Of a DNA stretch of 64,000 nucleotides, positions 35,761 to 48,183 are shown in pieces. Where the stretch lies: assembly GCF_006345805.1 (NCBI RefSeq), contig NC_042997.1, forward strand, positions 209,436,001-209,500,000, in the 5' to 3' direction. The translations under genes were made by a program, and so were the position numbers. Under the pieces are notes generated by a model. It saw only the letters and a program-made list of their open reading frames with translations, was not told the DNA's origin and searched no databases. Origin of the DNA: Octopus sinensis (lineage: Eukaryota). Positions within the stretch are counted from its first letter, which is position 1. Every line of letters begins with the position of its first letter.

Positions 35761-37345
35761 TTATTGAGCATTGTGGATTGACTTCAGGTGGTCAGTTTAG
35801 ATGTATGTAGGTCTGGGTCAGTGGACAAATATATCTGGATGGCAAAGGAATGAAATAGGGGTTTAGGAATGGGTTGTAGTTCTTGGACAGAAGGACTGGG
35901 AGGAAAACATGTTCTGGGGTGGAGGTTGTATGAGAAACAGTGAGGGTAAGAGGAGGATGAGGGGAGGGTAAGGAGTTAGCTTGTTCACAGGAGCAGTGGC
36001 TGATGAAGTAGTGGTGCAGAAGACAAAGAGAGGGGACACAGTGCATGGTCGTTAGTAAATGAATCTTTACAATCGGTCAAATGAATTTCTTTCAGGGTTG
36101 GTTTAGATTTGGTCTGTGTGAGTAATAACAGGAACCCAGGAAATGCATAGGTCATGGCAGCCCTTAAGTGAGTCCCGGATGTCGGTTTGGTGAGCAAGAG
36201 AAAGAATGTCCCATAGTAAAAAAATAAAAGGATCAGTATGTCACAGTACTTTTCCATAGATATAGGAGCAGTATTAGATGCTGGACCCAGGCATTGCTCA
36301 TGTTTTCCATGTTGAAGTTAAGCCCACCTTGGACCTCGTACTGAATAAGCTTTTTCTTAGAGACTATTCTATCGATTTTGTTGAAATTTTACACTTTCAA
36401 AAATGCAAAAGCTATAGGAAAAATAACATTGTTATGGGAATTTCCATTCAAATGCCCGACTGAGCTCACAAAAATCGATGCCAACTGAGCATTATCGAGT
36501 TTTCAAAAAGTTCCAGCCTTCTTTGAACTTCAGGGCATGTGATCTACCTATGAGCCAAAATTCATTAAATGGTTGGATGGTGTGGGAGGAGTTAGAGTAA
36601 CCCCAAATACACACGCAGACAGACACCATTACACATTTACGCATATAGATTCCATTGTGGAATAAGGGTGTCTGTGTGGGTAACAGAAGCAATTGTGCTC
36701 CACAGAGACAGGAAAAATATTTGACTGTGGGTTATAATGGGGGCTTTATGGAAGATCAGCAACTGATCAAATCTGAAGAGAAAGACTTTGGATGTGGGTT
36801 AAGGACGTATATGTGAAAGCAGTAACAACAGCACAGCGACAGTTATGTAAGACCCAAAAGTGGGTCTAGCATGGCTATGTGTGTGTGTGTGTGTTGTGTG
36901 TGTGTGTGAGTGTGTATCAGTCTAGGTATGTGAACCATACAAAAAATTTGGGTCAAGGACATCTGTGTGTCTGTGTGTACCAGTTGCAGTGGTACATTCA
37001 CAGAGACTGTAATGTCTAGGCTGTGTGAATACAGGAGCAGCCAAGTCATGGAAGAGTCAACAGTTTTCCAGTGAATGTCATTCTTTCAAATTTTAACATC
37101 TTCTCTTCTCCATTTTTAACAAAATTGTTGAGTTCTATGCGATTCCTTTCCATAAATTCTCATAAAACACCATACACAACATATACAAGTATTATTTTCA
37201 TATTTGCAAACTTACGCCACAAAACTACCAGCAAAATATAAAGAATCTTTATTAGAAATCGTTTTGGAATCCTCCAAATTAAAGGATGAAAAATAATTCA
37301 ACCTTTTCACACACACACATAAATAAGTATATATTTATTATGTGT

Positions 37346-37650
37346 GGAGGCGCAATGGCCCAGTAGTTAGGGCAGTGGACTCGTGGTTGTAGGATCGCGG
37401 TTTCGATTCCCAGACCGGGCGTTGTGAATGTTTATTGAGCAAAAACACCTAAAAGCTCCACGAGGCTCCGGCAGGGGGTGGTGATACCTGCTGTACTCTT
37501 TCACCACTCTTTCTCTCACTCTTTCTTCTGTTGGCCTGTTCGCTTAGCCAGCGGGGTGGCGTCATTCGAAGGCTAAAACAATGCGAACGCATTGTGACCA
37601 GCGATGTGTAACTACATCTGATGGACTGGTCGGTCACGTGATCACGTGAT
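37346..37650 (+). mobile_element. tRNA-derived SINE, family A. Other copies: about 14130-14354 (-), 18620-18917 (-), 60190-60570 (+), 63055-63410 (+)
   Basis: A box tggcccagtagtt and B box gtttcgattcc; shared body gcgttgtga..tttattgag..aaaacacctaaagctccacgaggctccggcagggg. Confidence 0.85.
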
Positions 37651-37770
37651 ATTTATTATGTATATATATATATTTAATGATATCAGGGTAATAAGGATTT
37701 TAGAAATTTTTACTACCAGTGGCCTAGCGTATAGAAAATTTAGTCAATAGACTATATATTATTCATATAA

Positions 37771-37997
37771 GGTGATGAGCTGGCAGAAACATTACCACAC
37801 TGGGCGAAACACTTAGCGGTATTTCATCTGACGTTACATTCCGAGTTCAAATTCTGCCAAGGTCGACTTTGCCTTTCATCCTTTCGGGGTCGATAAATTA
37901 AGTACCAGTTACGCACTGGGGTCAATATAATCGACTTAATCCGTTTGTCTGTCCTTGTTTGTCCTCTCTGTGTTTAGCCCCTTGTGGGTAGTAAAGA
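37771..37997 (+). mobile_element. SINE family C with a 25 bp TSD. Other copies approximately: 2440-2630, 21073-21302, 21645-22050, 26385-26615, 27700-28090, 42060-42460, 45035-45220, 45840-46030, 47085-47320, 62245-62830; several are tandem
   Basis: gagctggcagaaac..gagttcaaatt..gtcgactttgcctttcatcctttcggggtcga..; AATAGACTATATATTATTCATATAA at 37746-37770 and 37998-38022. Confidence 0.85.
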
Positions 37998-38124
37998 AAT
38001 AGACTATATATTATTCATATAAAATACAGTGGACATTTAAACACATAAGAGGTGTCCATCATAGGACTCTCTATGATGGACACCTCTTATGTGTTTAGAT
38101 GTCCACTGTATTTTATATGAATAG

Positions 38125-40757
38125 CAAAGAGAGAGGTTTGGAGATGCCACTATGAAAGGTTGCTGAATAAAGAAAATGAATGGGATAAAGAGAGTCTGCC
38201 GAATGTTGACCCAACAGAGGGACCAGCTATCCGAGTTGATAGTTCCGTGGTAGCTAAAGCAATTAGAAGCATGAAGACAGGGAAAGCCCCAGGCCCATCA
38301 GGAATTACTGCAGAGATGCTCAAAATATCTGGCAGTGTCGGCTATAGCCTAGTCACCCGTATAGTCAACCAGGTGATACACGAAGGAGTCATACCCAATG
38401 ACTGGTGTAGCAGCGTACTAGTCAACTGCTACAAAGGTAAAGTTGATGCCCTGGATACAAATAATTACAGAGGTATCAAGCTGTTGGATCAGGTAATGAA
38501 GGTTACGGAGAGGGTCATAGCCCAACTACTTAGAGAGAGAGTTAGTTTAGATGAGATGCAGTTTGGGTTTGTGCCAGGGAAAAGCACCACTGATGCTATA
38601 TTCCTGGTAAGGCAGCTGCAGGAGAAATACCTAGCCAAAGATAAGCCCCTGTACCTGGCTTTCGTTGACATGGAGAAAGCCTTTGATAGGGTCCCCCGAT
38701 CCCTCATCTGGTGGTCAATGAGGAAACTAGGGATAGATGAATGGCTGGTGAGGGCTGTGCAAGCCATGTACAGAGATGCCGTAAGCAAGGTTAGGGTTGG
38801 CAACATGTACACAGAAGAATTCAAAGTAGAGGTTGGGGTCCACCAGGGTTCAGTACTCAGCCCCCTCCTATTTATCATAGTCCTCCAGGCAATAACAGAG
38901 GAATTCAAGACAGGTTGCCCCTGGGAGCTCCTCTATGCTGACGACCTCGCTCTAATTGCTGAGTCACTATCAGAACTGGAGGAGAAGTTCCAGGTGTGGA
39001 AGGAGGGTTTAGAATCGAGGGGCCTTAGAGTCAACCTAGCTAAAACCAAAATACTAATAAGTAGAAAGGTAGGCAATCTACAAATGTCCTCAGGAAGATG
39101 GCCCTGCTCGATCTGTAGAAAAGGTGTAGGTAGAAACTCTATAAGATGTACCCAGTGTAAGCTATGGACACATAAGAGGTGCAGCAATGTCAAAGGTAGG
39201 CTAACTGGGAAGATAGTTTTTGTATGTGGCAGATGCTCGGGAGCATTGACCTCTGAAAATCTGCAGAAAACAACTTCCGTCACTTTCCAGGGGGAAAAAT
39301 TAGAAGTAGTTGATAGCTTCCGTTATCTAGGTGACCAAGTCAGTAGTGGGGGTGGGTGCACTGAGAGTGTAACTGCTAGAATAAGAATAGCCTGGGCAAA
39401 GTTTAGGGAGCTCTTACCTCTGCTGGTGACTAAAGGCCTCTCGCTCAGAGTAAAGGGCAGACTGTATGATGCATGTGTTCGAACTGCCATGCTACATGGC
39501 AGTGAAACATGGGCCGTGACTGCTGAGGACATGCGTAAGCTCATGAGGAATGAAGCCAGTATGCTCCGATGGATGTGTAATGTCAGTGTACTTACTCGAC
39601 AGAGCGTTAGTTCCCTGAGAGAAATGTTGTACCTAAGAAGCATCAGTTGTTGCGTGCAAGAGAGACAATTGTGCTGGTATGGTCATGTGGCGAGAATGGA
39701 TGAAGATAGGTGTGTGAGAAAGTGCTAATCCCTAGCAGTTGAGGGAACCCGTGGAAGAGGTAGACCCAGGAAAACCTGGGACGAGGTGGTGAAGCACGAC
39801 CTTCGAACGTTAGGTCTCACCATGGAAATGACTAGAGACTGAGACCTTTGGAAGTATGCTGTGCGTGAGAAGACCCGGCAAGACTAGTGAAGCCATAACC
39901 CGTGGCCCCTACCTGGGACGTAGTCAGTCCACCTGTGCATACCTTCCTGCTTGTGACACTTGTGAAGACCTGTTGAGGCAAGTGAAAATCAAGTCAAACC
40001 AAATCAAAATAGATGAACATCAATGGAATCTGTATCCTTGTGGTACCAGTGCCGGTGGCACATAAGAAAACCATCTGAACGGGACCGTAGCCAGTACCGC
40101 ATCGACTGGCCTCTGTGTCGTGGGCACGTAACAAACACCATCCGATCGTAGCCGTTCGCCAGCCTCGTCTGGCACCTGTGTCGGTGGCACATAAGAAAAA
40201 CACCGAAAACACCATATCCGAGCGTGGCCGTCTGCCAGCCTCGTCTGGCACCTGTGTCGGTGGCACATAAAAAACACCATCCGAGCGTGGCTGTCTGCCA
40301 GCCTCGTCTGGCACCTGTGTCGGTGGCACATAAAAAACACCATCCGAGCGTGGCCGTCTGCCAGCCTCGTCTGGCACCTGTGTCGGTGGCACATAAAAAA
40401 CACCATCCGAGCGTGGCCGTCTGCCAGCCTCGTCTGGCACCTGTGTCGGTGGCACATAAAAAACACCATTCGAGCGTGGCCGTCTGCCAGCCTCGTCTGG
40501 CACCTGTGTCGGTGGCACATAAAAAACACCATTCGAGCGTGGCCGTCTGCCAGCCTCGTCTGGCACCTGTGTCGGTGGCACATAAAATCACCCACTACAC
40601 TCTCGGAGTGGTTGGCGTTAGGAAGGGCATCCAGCTGTAGAAACACTGCCAGATCTGACTGGCCTGGTGCAGCCTTCGGGCTCCCCAGACCCCAGTTGAA
40701 CCGTCCAACCCATGCTAGCATGGAAAGCGGACGTTAAACGATGATGATGATGATGAT
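38125..40757 (+). mobile_element. 5'-truncated RTE-clade LINE: reverse transcriptase ORF, 3' UTR with tandem array, (GAT)n tail
   Basis: ORF 38160-39728 has NYRGIKLL, QFGF, AFVDMEKAFDRV, GVHQGSVLSPLLF and YADD. The ORF continues to a TAG at 39887 through two C-to-T nonsense changes, ending RGRGRPRKTW as RTE elements do. Confidence 0.93.
40150..40590 (+). repeat. 63 bp tandem array (about 6-7 units) inside the RTE 3' UTR
   Basis: Unit caccatccgagcgtggccgtctgccagcctcgtctggcacctgtgtcggtggcacataaaaaa; 21-aa periodicity in the ORF track. Confidence 0.92.
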
Positions 40758-41580
40758 AAATATATAGTTTTTTTGCCACTATAACATGGCTGCTCTATAA
40801 AGAAGTATGTAAGAAGTATGTTACTCTCCATTTTAACCCCAGGAAAATGTAGTAACAGAGTTCTTTATTGAACAGCCATGTTTTAGTGGCAAAAAAAATG
40901 TTACCGTCTTGTATGGTTACTACTTGTATCTTGTTTAGAGATTTTAGAAAGACCCATTTTGTTTGTATATATTCTTTTATTCTTTTACTTGTTTCAGTCA
41001 TTTGACTGTGGCCATGCTGGAGCATTGCCTTTAGTTGAGCAAATTGACCCCAGGACTTATTCTTTGTAAGCCTAGTACTTATTCTATCAGTCTCTTTTTG
41101 CAAAAAGTTACGGGGGACGTAAACACACCAGCATCGGTTGTTAAGTAATGGTGGGGGCACAAACACACACACACATATATATATGTGTGTGTATATATAT
41201 ATATATATATCATCATTGTTTAACATCCGTTTTCCATGCTAGCATGGGTTGGACAGTTTGACAGGGGTCTGGGAAGCCAGGAGGCTGCACCAGGCTCCAG
41301 TCTGATCTGGCAGTGTTTCTACTGCTGGATGCCCTTCCTAACACAAACCACTCTGTGAGTGTAGTGGGTGCGTTTTACGAAGGGCTTCTTTCAGTTTCCG
41401 TCTACCAAATCCACTCACAAGGCTTTGGTCAACCCGAGGCTATAGTAGAAGACACTTGCCCAAGGTGCCACGCAGTGGGACTGAACCCAGAACCATGTGG
41501 TTGGTAAGCAAGCTACTTACCATACACCCACTCCTGCACCTATATATATATATATATATAAAGAGAGAGAGAGAGAGAGA

Positions 41581-42481
41581 GGTGGGGCGGCCCAAAAGTA
41601 GGTTTACAGTTAACACGTAAGCACTTTAAATTTCTTTTAAAACATTTTATTACATTTAAATTTCTATCTTAAATCATCATCATCATTATCATATTCATCA
41701 CCATCGTTTAAAGTCAGTTTTCCATGCTGGCATGGGTTGGACAGTTTGACTGGAGACTGGCAAGCCAGGAGGCCACACCAGGCTCCAATTTGATCTGGTA
41801 ATGTTTCTACAGCTGGATGCCTTTCCTAATGCCAACCACTCCGAGAATGTAGTGGATGCTTTATACGTGCCACTGGTACAGGAGCCAGTCAGGTGGGCCT
41901 GGCATCGGCCACATTCGGATGGTGCTTTTTACATGGTACCGGCAAATTAGAATAGAATAATGGTTTCATATTTGTTTATAATTAAGATTTAAACTGTTAA
42001 TTTATTAATGCGAAAGAGATTGTTGAATAACTGTTAACCTGCTTTTAATTTTTTTTTTATTGCCCACAGGGGCTAAACACAGAGGGGACAAACAAGGAAA
42101 GACAAACGGATTAAATCGATTACATCGACCCTAGTGCGTAACTGGTAGTTATTTAATCGACCTTGAAAGGATGAAAGGCAAAGTAGACCTCGACAGAATT
42201 TGAACTCAGAACGTAACGGCCGGTGAAATACCTATTTCTTTACTACTCACAAGGGGCTAATCACAGAGGGGACAAACAAGGACAGACAAACAGATTAAGT
42301 CGATTACATGGACCCCTGTGCGTAACTGGTACTTATTTAATCGACCCTGAAAGGATGAAAGGCAAAGTCGACCTCGGTGGAATTTGAACTCAGAATGTAG
42401 CAGCAGACGAAATACCGCTAAGCATTTCGCCCGGTGTGCTAACGTTTCTGCCAGCTCACCTACTTTTGGGACCACCCTGTA
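41581..42481. mobile_element. Tc1/mariner-type MITE with nested insertions
   Basis: gggcggcccaaaagtaggt at about 41585-41603 is inverted with acctacttttgggaccaccctgta at about 42457-42481. Confidence 0.55.
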
Positions 42482-45400
42482 TATACATATATACATACAC
42501 ACACACACACTTATACACATACATAAATGTAAGCATGATTATGAAAATATATCCACACACAATCTCACGCCCATAATTGTATGTACACACATTATGTACG
42601 GACACATATTTATACACACATACATTTATAAGTGTCCACTTATTTACATATACATATCTAAACAGGCATATACACAAAAACATACAAACAGTTGCATATT
42701 TCTACACTCGTTATAAAACTTAATTACTCCTTAAATCATTAACGTTGTTATATTCTACTCAAGAAATTATACAAATAAGCAAGGTTAGAGGTGAAGCGAA
42801 ACTATTCAAATATCCTGTTTATGTAATCATAGCTCGTTATAAAATGATCATCAAATCAGTGGCAGACAAGTGGACACCTGAAGATAAAGTAACCCTCACC
42901 ACACACCTGTTCCCTACCTGTGCCATTTAAAAATGGAGGAGGTAACGAGGAGGAGGAGAAGTAGTTGAACATAAGAGTACAAGAGAGAGATTTATGATAA
43001 GGTAAAAAAACAGTAAGTGGCAGTATGGAGGAGGGGGAGGGGAGAGGGAGGGAGAAGGAAGAGGAGTCGGGGGGGGGGTTGTATGGTGAAGGTCAGGTGA
43101 CATCTGGTTGGCTTCTCCAGATTTCACAAGTCTGGTGTAGGACATCACTAGCTTAACATAATATTATGAGAGAGTTGGGGTGGGGGTGAGAGATGAAGCA
43201 GGGGTGGGGGATGGGGTGGAAAGAGAAAGAAAAAGAGAGAGAGAGAGAAACGGAGAGAGTCATTGATATTGAATCAGAAGACTTAAGTGTTTAATTAACA
43301 ATAAAAATCTTGACCTTCACACACCCCAATTAAACCGAGAAAAATAAAAAACTGGTGCTCTGTTGGTTATGACCACGAGTGTCCCATTTGATCCGATCAA
43401 CGGAACAGTCTACATAAGAAATCAAGGTGCAAGTGGCTGAGTACTCCTCAGACACGCGTATCCTTAACGTAGTTCTTGGGGAGATTCATCGCAAAACAGA
43501 GTTTAACAAGGTTGACACTTTGAAATACAAGTACGACTCATTTTTGCCAGCTGAGTGGAGTGGAGCAAACGTGAAATAAAGGACACAATGCACTGCTGGG
43601 AATCGAACTCACAACCTTATGATTATCAGCTGGATACCCTAACCACTAAGCTACAAGCCTCCACCATCCCATATTAATGTTGTTGATGCAGATGAGGAAT
43701 ATTTTTCAGCTGGAGTCGATGTTTCCTGGGGCTAAATAGCAGTAACAATTGTCCTAACCAGGACTGCCACATTATGCTGGCAAATAATCTTTACTGTAAC
43801 ACAGTATTTTCTAGAAATACACCACAACCTGACATCAGCAAGAAGGAATGAATTATTTGTTAATATTCCAACAATTGAAGACATTAATCCTTTTGTAGAA
43901 AAACACTGCCTTTGTTTCAAATGCCAGCCTCCCCTGGCCCCTGTGCCGGTGGCACGTAAAAAGCACCCACTACACTCTCGGAGTGGTTGGCATTAGGAAG
44001 GGCATCCAGCCGTAGAAACACTGCCAGATCAAGATTGGAGCCTGGTGCAGCCTCCTGGCTTCCCAGACCCCAGTTGAACCATCCAACCCATGCCAGCATG
44101 GAAAAAAACGGACGTTAAACAATGTTGATGATGATGATGAATTATTAAAATAACTTTTGCTATTATTAAACTGGTTGTTGGAATATGAATTAAATTGAAA
44201 TTTTGATGGAAGGTTCAAATTCAGGTCGTTTTAAAACAGGACATGTGTAGCATAGATCATAGAACCAAGGGTGGGTCTCTGGGGAGATTGATATTGAAAG
44301 AGTTAGTCATTTTAACACATAAACTCATTATGTTTGTTGACTGATGTAGATTAGAAATTTGTAAAGTGGTCAATATTGACCTCTAAGGGTCAATGTGGCT
44401 TTACAAGGTGTTATAAACGAACACCTAAAGTGATCATAGGTAAAAAGGTGCTGAGTTATCAGTGAAATGAGTTTGAAAGAGTATGGGTTATTTAACCCCT
44501 TAGCATTATAAACTGGCCACATCCGGCTGAAATGTTCTGCTTCTTTTATGTTCAAACTGGCCAGATCTGGCTAATCACACCTATCATACAATATCATTCC
44601 AAAAAATTAATAGTCACCTCATCAAAATCTCTAAGTTATGATATAATGCATGGTTAATTCAAAGGTGAAAAGCAACATTCGAGTGAGGGCGTTGCCAGTG
44701 CTGCTGGACTGGCTCCTGTACAGGTGACATGTAAAAACACCATTTGAGCGTGACCACTGCCAGTACCGCCTGACTGGCCCTTGTGCTGGTGGCACGTAAA
44801 AGCACCCACTACACTCTTGGAGTGGTTGGCATTAGGAAGAGCATCCAGCTGTAGAAACTCTGCCAGATCAGACTGGAGCCTGGTGCAGCCATCTGACTCA
44901 CCAGTCCTCAGTCAAACAGTCCAACCCATGCCAGCATGGAAAGCGGATGTTAAACGATGATGATGATGATGATGAAATAAGCATTTCAATTAACAGAATA
45001 ATGTAAATGCAGAAGGCAAAATAATTTTCAGCCGAATATTCTTTTCTACTCTAGGCACAAGGCCTGATTATATCGACCCCAGTACACAACTGGTACTGAA
45101 TTTATCAACCCTGAAAGGACGAAAAGCAAAGTCGACCTTGGTGGAAGTTGAACTCAGAACATAAAGACAGATGAAATACTGCTAAGCATTTTGTCGAGCG
45201 TGTTAACGGTTCTGCTGCCTTGATTTCCAACCAAATATTGATGCCAAATCTAATATTCACCAAACAATATTTCACATTAAGCTTTCCAAATATATCAATA
45301 TAACAGGACAGAATTTCAATTGTTCTTCATTGATTTCGTTAAGCATTTTCATTAAATTTCTTGAAATATTTCTTTTAAAAAATGGTAAAAGCACAAAAGA

Positions 45401-46789
45401 ATAAAAGGAATTATTGTATATCAAGAATTTTTTTTTCTATTAATCACAGTTTTAAAATTTTATTTAATCCATTAACAGTCAAATTTTTTTATTCAGATTT
45501 TTTGGCATTTCCAGGTGTCTTAGGAGTTAAAATAATATATAGTATTAAAAATTCTTCATATATGAATTATTTTGGAAATTATGATAAATTTTTCGAAAAG
45601 TCCCAAATAGGGATTGCTGGAAAAAAGCATATTTATCCTTTTCTATTCAATTTCAATAATAAACATTTTAGCTTTTACAAAACTATAATATCAAATGTGA
45701 ATGTGTATGAAATATCAATGAATGATATAGATGGGAAATGCAAAAAGAAAAAAAAGTTTTCAAAACCGTCAATATTTTTATAGTTCAAAAATTGCAATTT
45801 ATGATGTCTTCTAAGATTAGCCAGAGCTAATAATCCTTTCTACTGCAGGCACAAGGCCTGAAATTTGGAGGAGGTAACCCCAGTGTTTCCCTGGTACTTA
45901 GTTTATTGACCCCCCCGAAAGGGATGAAAGGTAAAGTCGACCTTGCTGGAATTTGAACTCAGAACAAAGTAACAGACGAAATACGGGAAGCATTTCGTCT
46001 AGTGTGCTAACGATTCTGCCATCTCCCCACTTTAGCCAGAGCTAATAATGACAAACTTTAATTAGTAAACATTGTTAAACACACCTCTGCAAGTGCAATG
46101 TACATAAGCAATTCACTTTAAATACAATGAACAAACAGCAGGGAGACTGTTTTTAGCAGGTCCCCAAATGGGGCCCATGACAGGCAATGGGTTAATAAAT
46201 CTACACAATGCGGGTTAATAAAATATCAATGATTCCTTGAAGGGGTCAATGACTTAAGAAGTTCGATGATCCCTGGTCGAGACGAACTTTCTACGTAAAA
46301 CAACAATTTGCCAGACATTAATCAAAAATCTTATCTTTAATGAAAACAAAGTTCAAAAGTTCTTTCTACAAAGTTGCAGGCTTGGCTGATTGGTAACAAA
46401 TGTGTTTCCCAGCCATATGGTTCTGGGTTCAGTCCCAATGCATAGCACTTGGGGCAAATGTCTTCTACCATAGCTTTGGGGCAACCAAAGCCTTGGGACT
46501 AGATTTGCTAGACAGAAATTGAAAAAAGTCTGTTGCATGTGTGTGTGTGTGTATGTGTCTTTGTGTCTGTGTTTGTTCCCCCACCACCATTTAATAACTG
46601 GTGTCAGTATATCTATGTTCCCATAGCTTAGCAGTTCAGCAAAAAGAGACTGATAGAATAAGAATCAAGCTTTAAAAAATTAGAAGAACCTGGGTTAACT
46701 CATTCAGTTAAAATTCTTCAAAGCAGTACCCCAGCATGGCCGCAGTCTAATGGCTGAAACAAATAAATCGCAGTTGTGGCAGATACCGG

Positions 46790-46970
46790 CATCACACAAT
46801 TGGCACCTGTGCTGGTGGCACATAAAAGCACCCTGATGACATGCAAATGGTACCTGTGCTAGTGGCACGTAAAAGCACCCCGATGTCATGCAAATGGTAC
46901 CTGTGCTAGTGGCACGTAAAAGCACCCCAATGACATGCAAATGGTACCCGTGCTGGTGGTACGTGAAAAC
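46790..46970 (+). repeat. 47 bp tandem array (about 4 units) in an RTE 3' UTR fragment
   Basis: Unit tggtacctgtgctagtggcacgtaaaagcaccccgatgtcatgcaaa. Confidence 0.8.
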
Positions 46971-47390
46971 CACCCACAACACTCTTGTAGTGATTTGATG
47001 TTAGGAAGGGCATCCAGCCATAGAAACCATGCCATATCAGATTGGAGTCTGGTGCAACCTTCCGGCTTGCCAGTCTGGTCAAACCTATTTCTTTATTGCC
47101 CACAAGGGGCTAAACATAGAGGGGATAAACAAGGACAGACAAAGGGATTAAATCGGTTACATTGACCCCAGTGCGTAACTGGTACTTATTTAATCGACCC
47201 TGAAAGGATGAAAGGCAAAGTTGACCTCAGTGGAATTTGAACTCAGAACGTAAAGACAGATGAAATACCACTAAGCATTTCGCCTGGCGCGCTAACGCTC
47301 CTGCCAGCTCACCGCCTTCCAGTCTGGTGAAACCGTCCAACCCATGCCAGCATGGACAATGGACGTTAAATGATGATGATGATGAATTCA

Positions 47391-47432
<42 letters not shown>

Positions 47433-47792
47433 CTTCCCCCTACACAAAGGTGTACAACAAACAGTGAAGAACACCAGGTTTGATGGCCTAATCTTGGTGA
47501 AGGTACAAAAAAAATCTGCCAGGTCTTGTGACTTTAAAAACAACCATTGCAATGATAAGCAGCCTGGACCCTGACCCCTATTAAAGATTACATATGGCCT
47601 GGGGATACAAATGAGATGCTGTAAATGTGTTGAGTGTAGTTGACTTGGTCAACCCTTTAACAGAAGCCAAAAGCTTTTTGAAACTTTGGTATTCCAAAGA
47701 CAGTGGGACTCAAATTTAACCCTTTACCATTCAGATTATTCTATCAAAATGTAATCCTTTTTTTATTCACATTGTTTTGAGTTTATCATGTA

Positions 47793-48183
47793 CTAGCAGT
47801 ATCGCCTGGCGTTGCTCGGGTTTGTTTTGACCCTTTAGAATTGGAATTTTTGAAAAGTAAAAATTTCACATTATGTAGCTTGTTATTCTCTTTAAGTGAA
47901 TATTTTCCTGGTTGAAATACATCGAAAAATGGCGACACAGCAGTCAAAAAATCATAAAAAATAGGGATTTTCATACAAAAAAAGCACTTTTTGATGTAAA
48001 TAATTTTTGTTGTTAACATGGTCCAATTTGAATTTTTTCTTCTACGGAAGGAAGAGCAAGTCTTCTTCTATCATACTCTCAATTTTGGTCAACTTGCACC
48101 GCAGGGTCTCGGAGGAGATAGCGTTAGTTGAAGGCTACCAAACCTGCCATACACAGACAACTTCAGCTTTATATATAGAGAGA
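47793..48183 (-). mobile_element. Non-autonomous Helitron-type element
   Basis: On the minus strand A|TC...cccgagcaacgccagg hairpin...CTAG|T; homologous to 32770-33197. Confidence 0.75.

Noticed and set aside
37346-37420. tRNA genes at the SINE heads (also 14280-14354, 18845-18917, 60190-60260, 63055-63125)
   Set aside because: A and B boxes are present but there is no convincing acceptor stem, and each runs into a shared SINE body.
37634-37649. Double E-box palindrome TCACGTGATCACGTGA
   Set aside because: It sits at a SINE 3' end and is most simply part of the element tail; there is no independent evidence of function.
40150-40590. Regular 63 bp repeats as a CRISPR-like array or a repeat protein (195-233 aa ORFs on both strands)
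   Set aside because: The units are contiguous with no unique spacers, lie in a LINE 3' UTR, and are open in several frames only because 63 is a multiple of 3.
45382-45783. 133 aa ORF
   Set aside because: Extremely AT-rich K/N/I/F composition with no recognisable motif; expected by chance.
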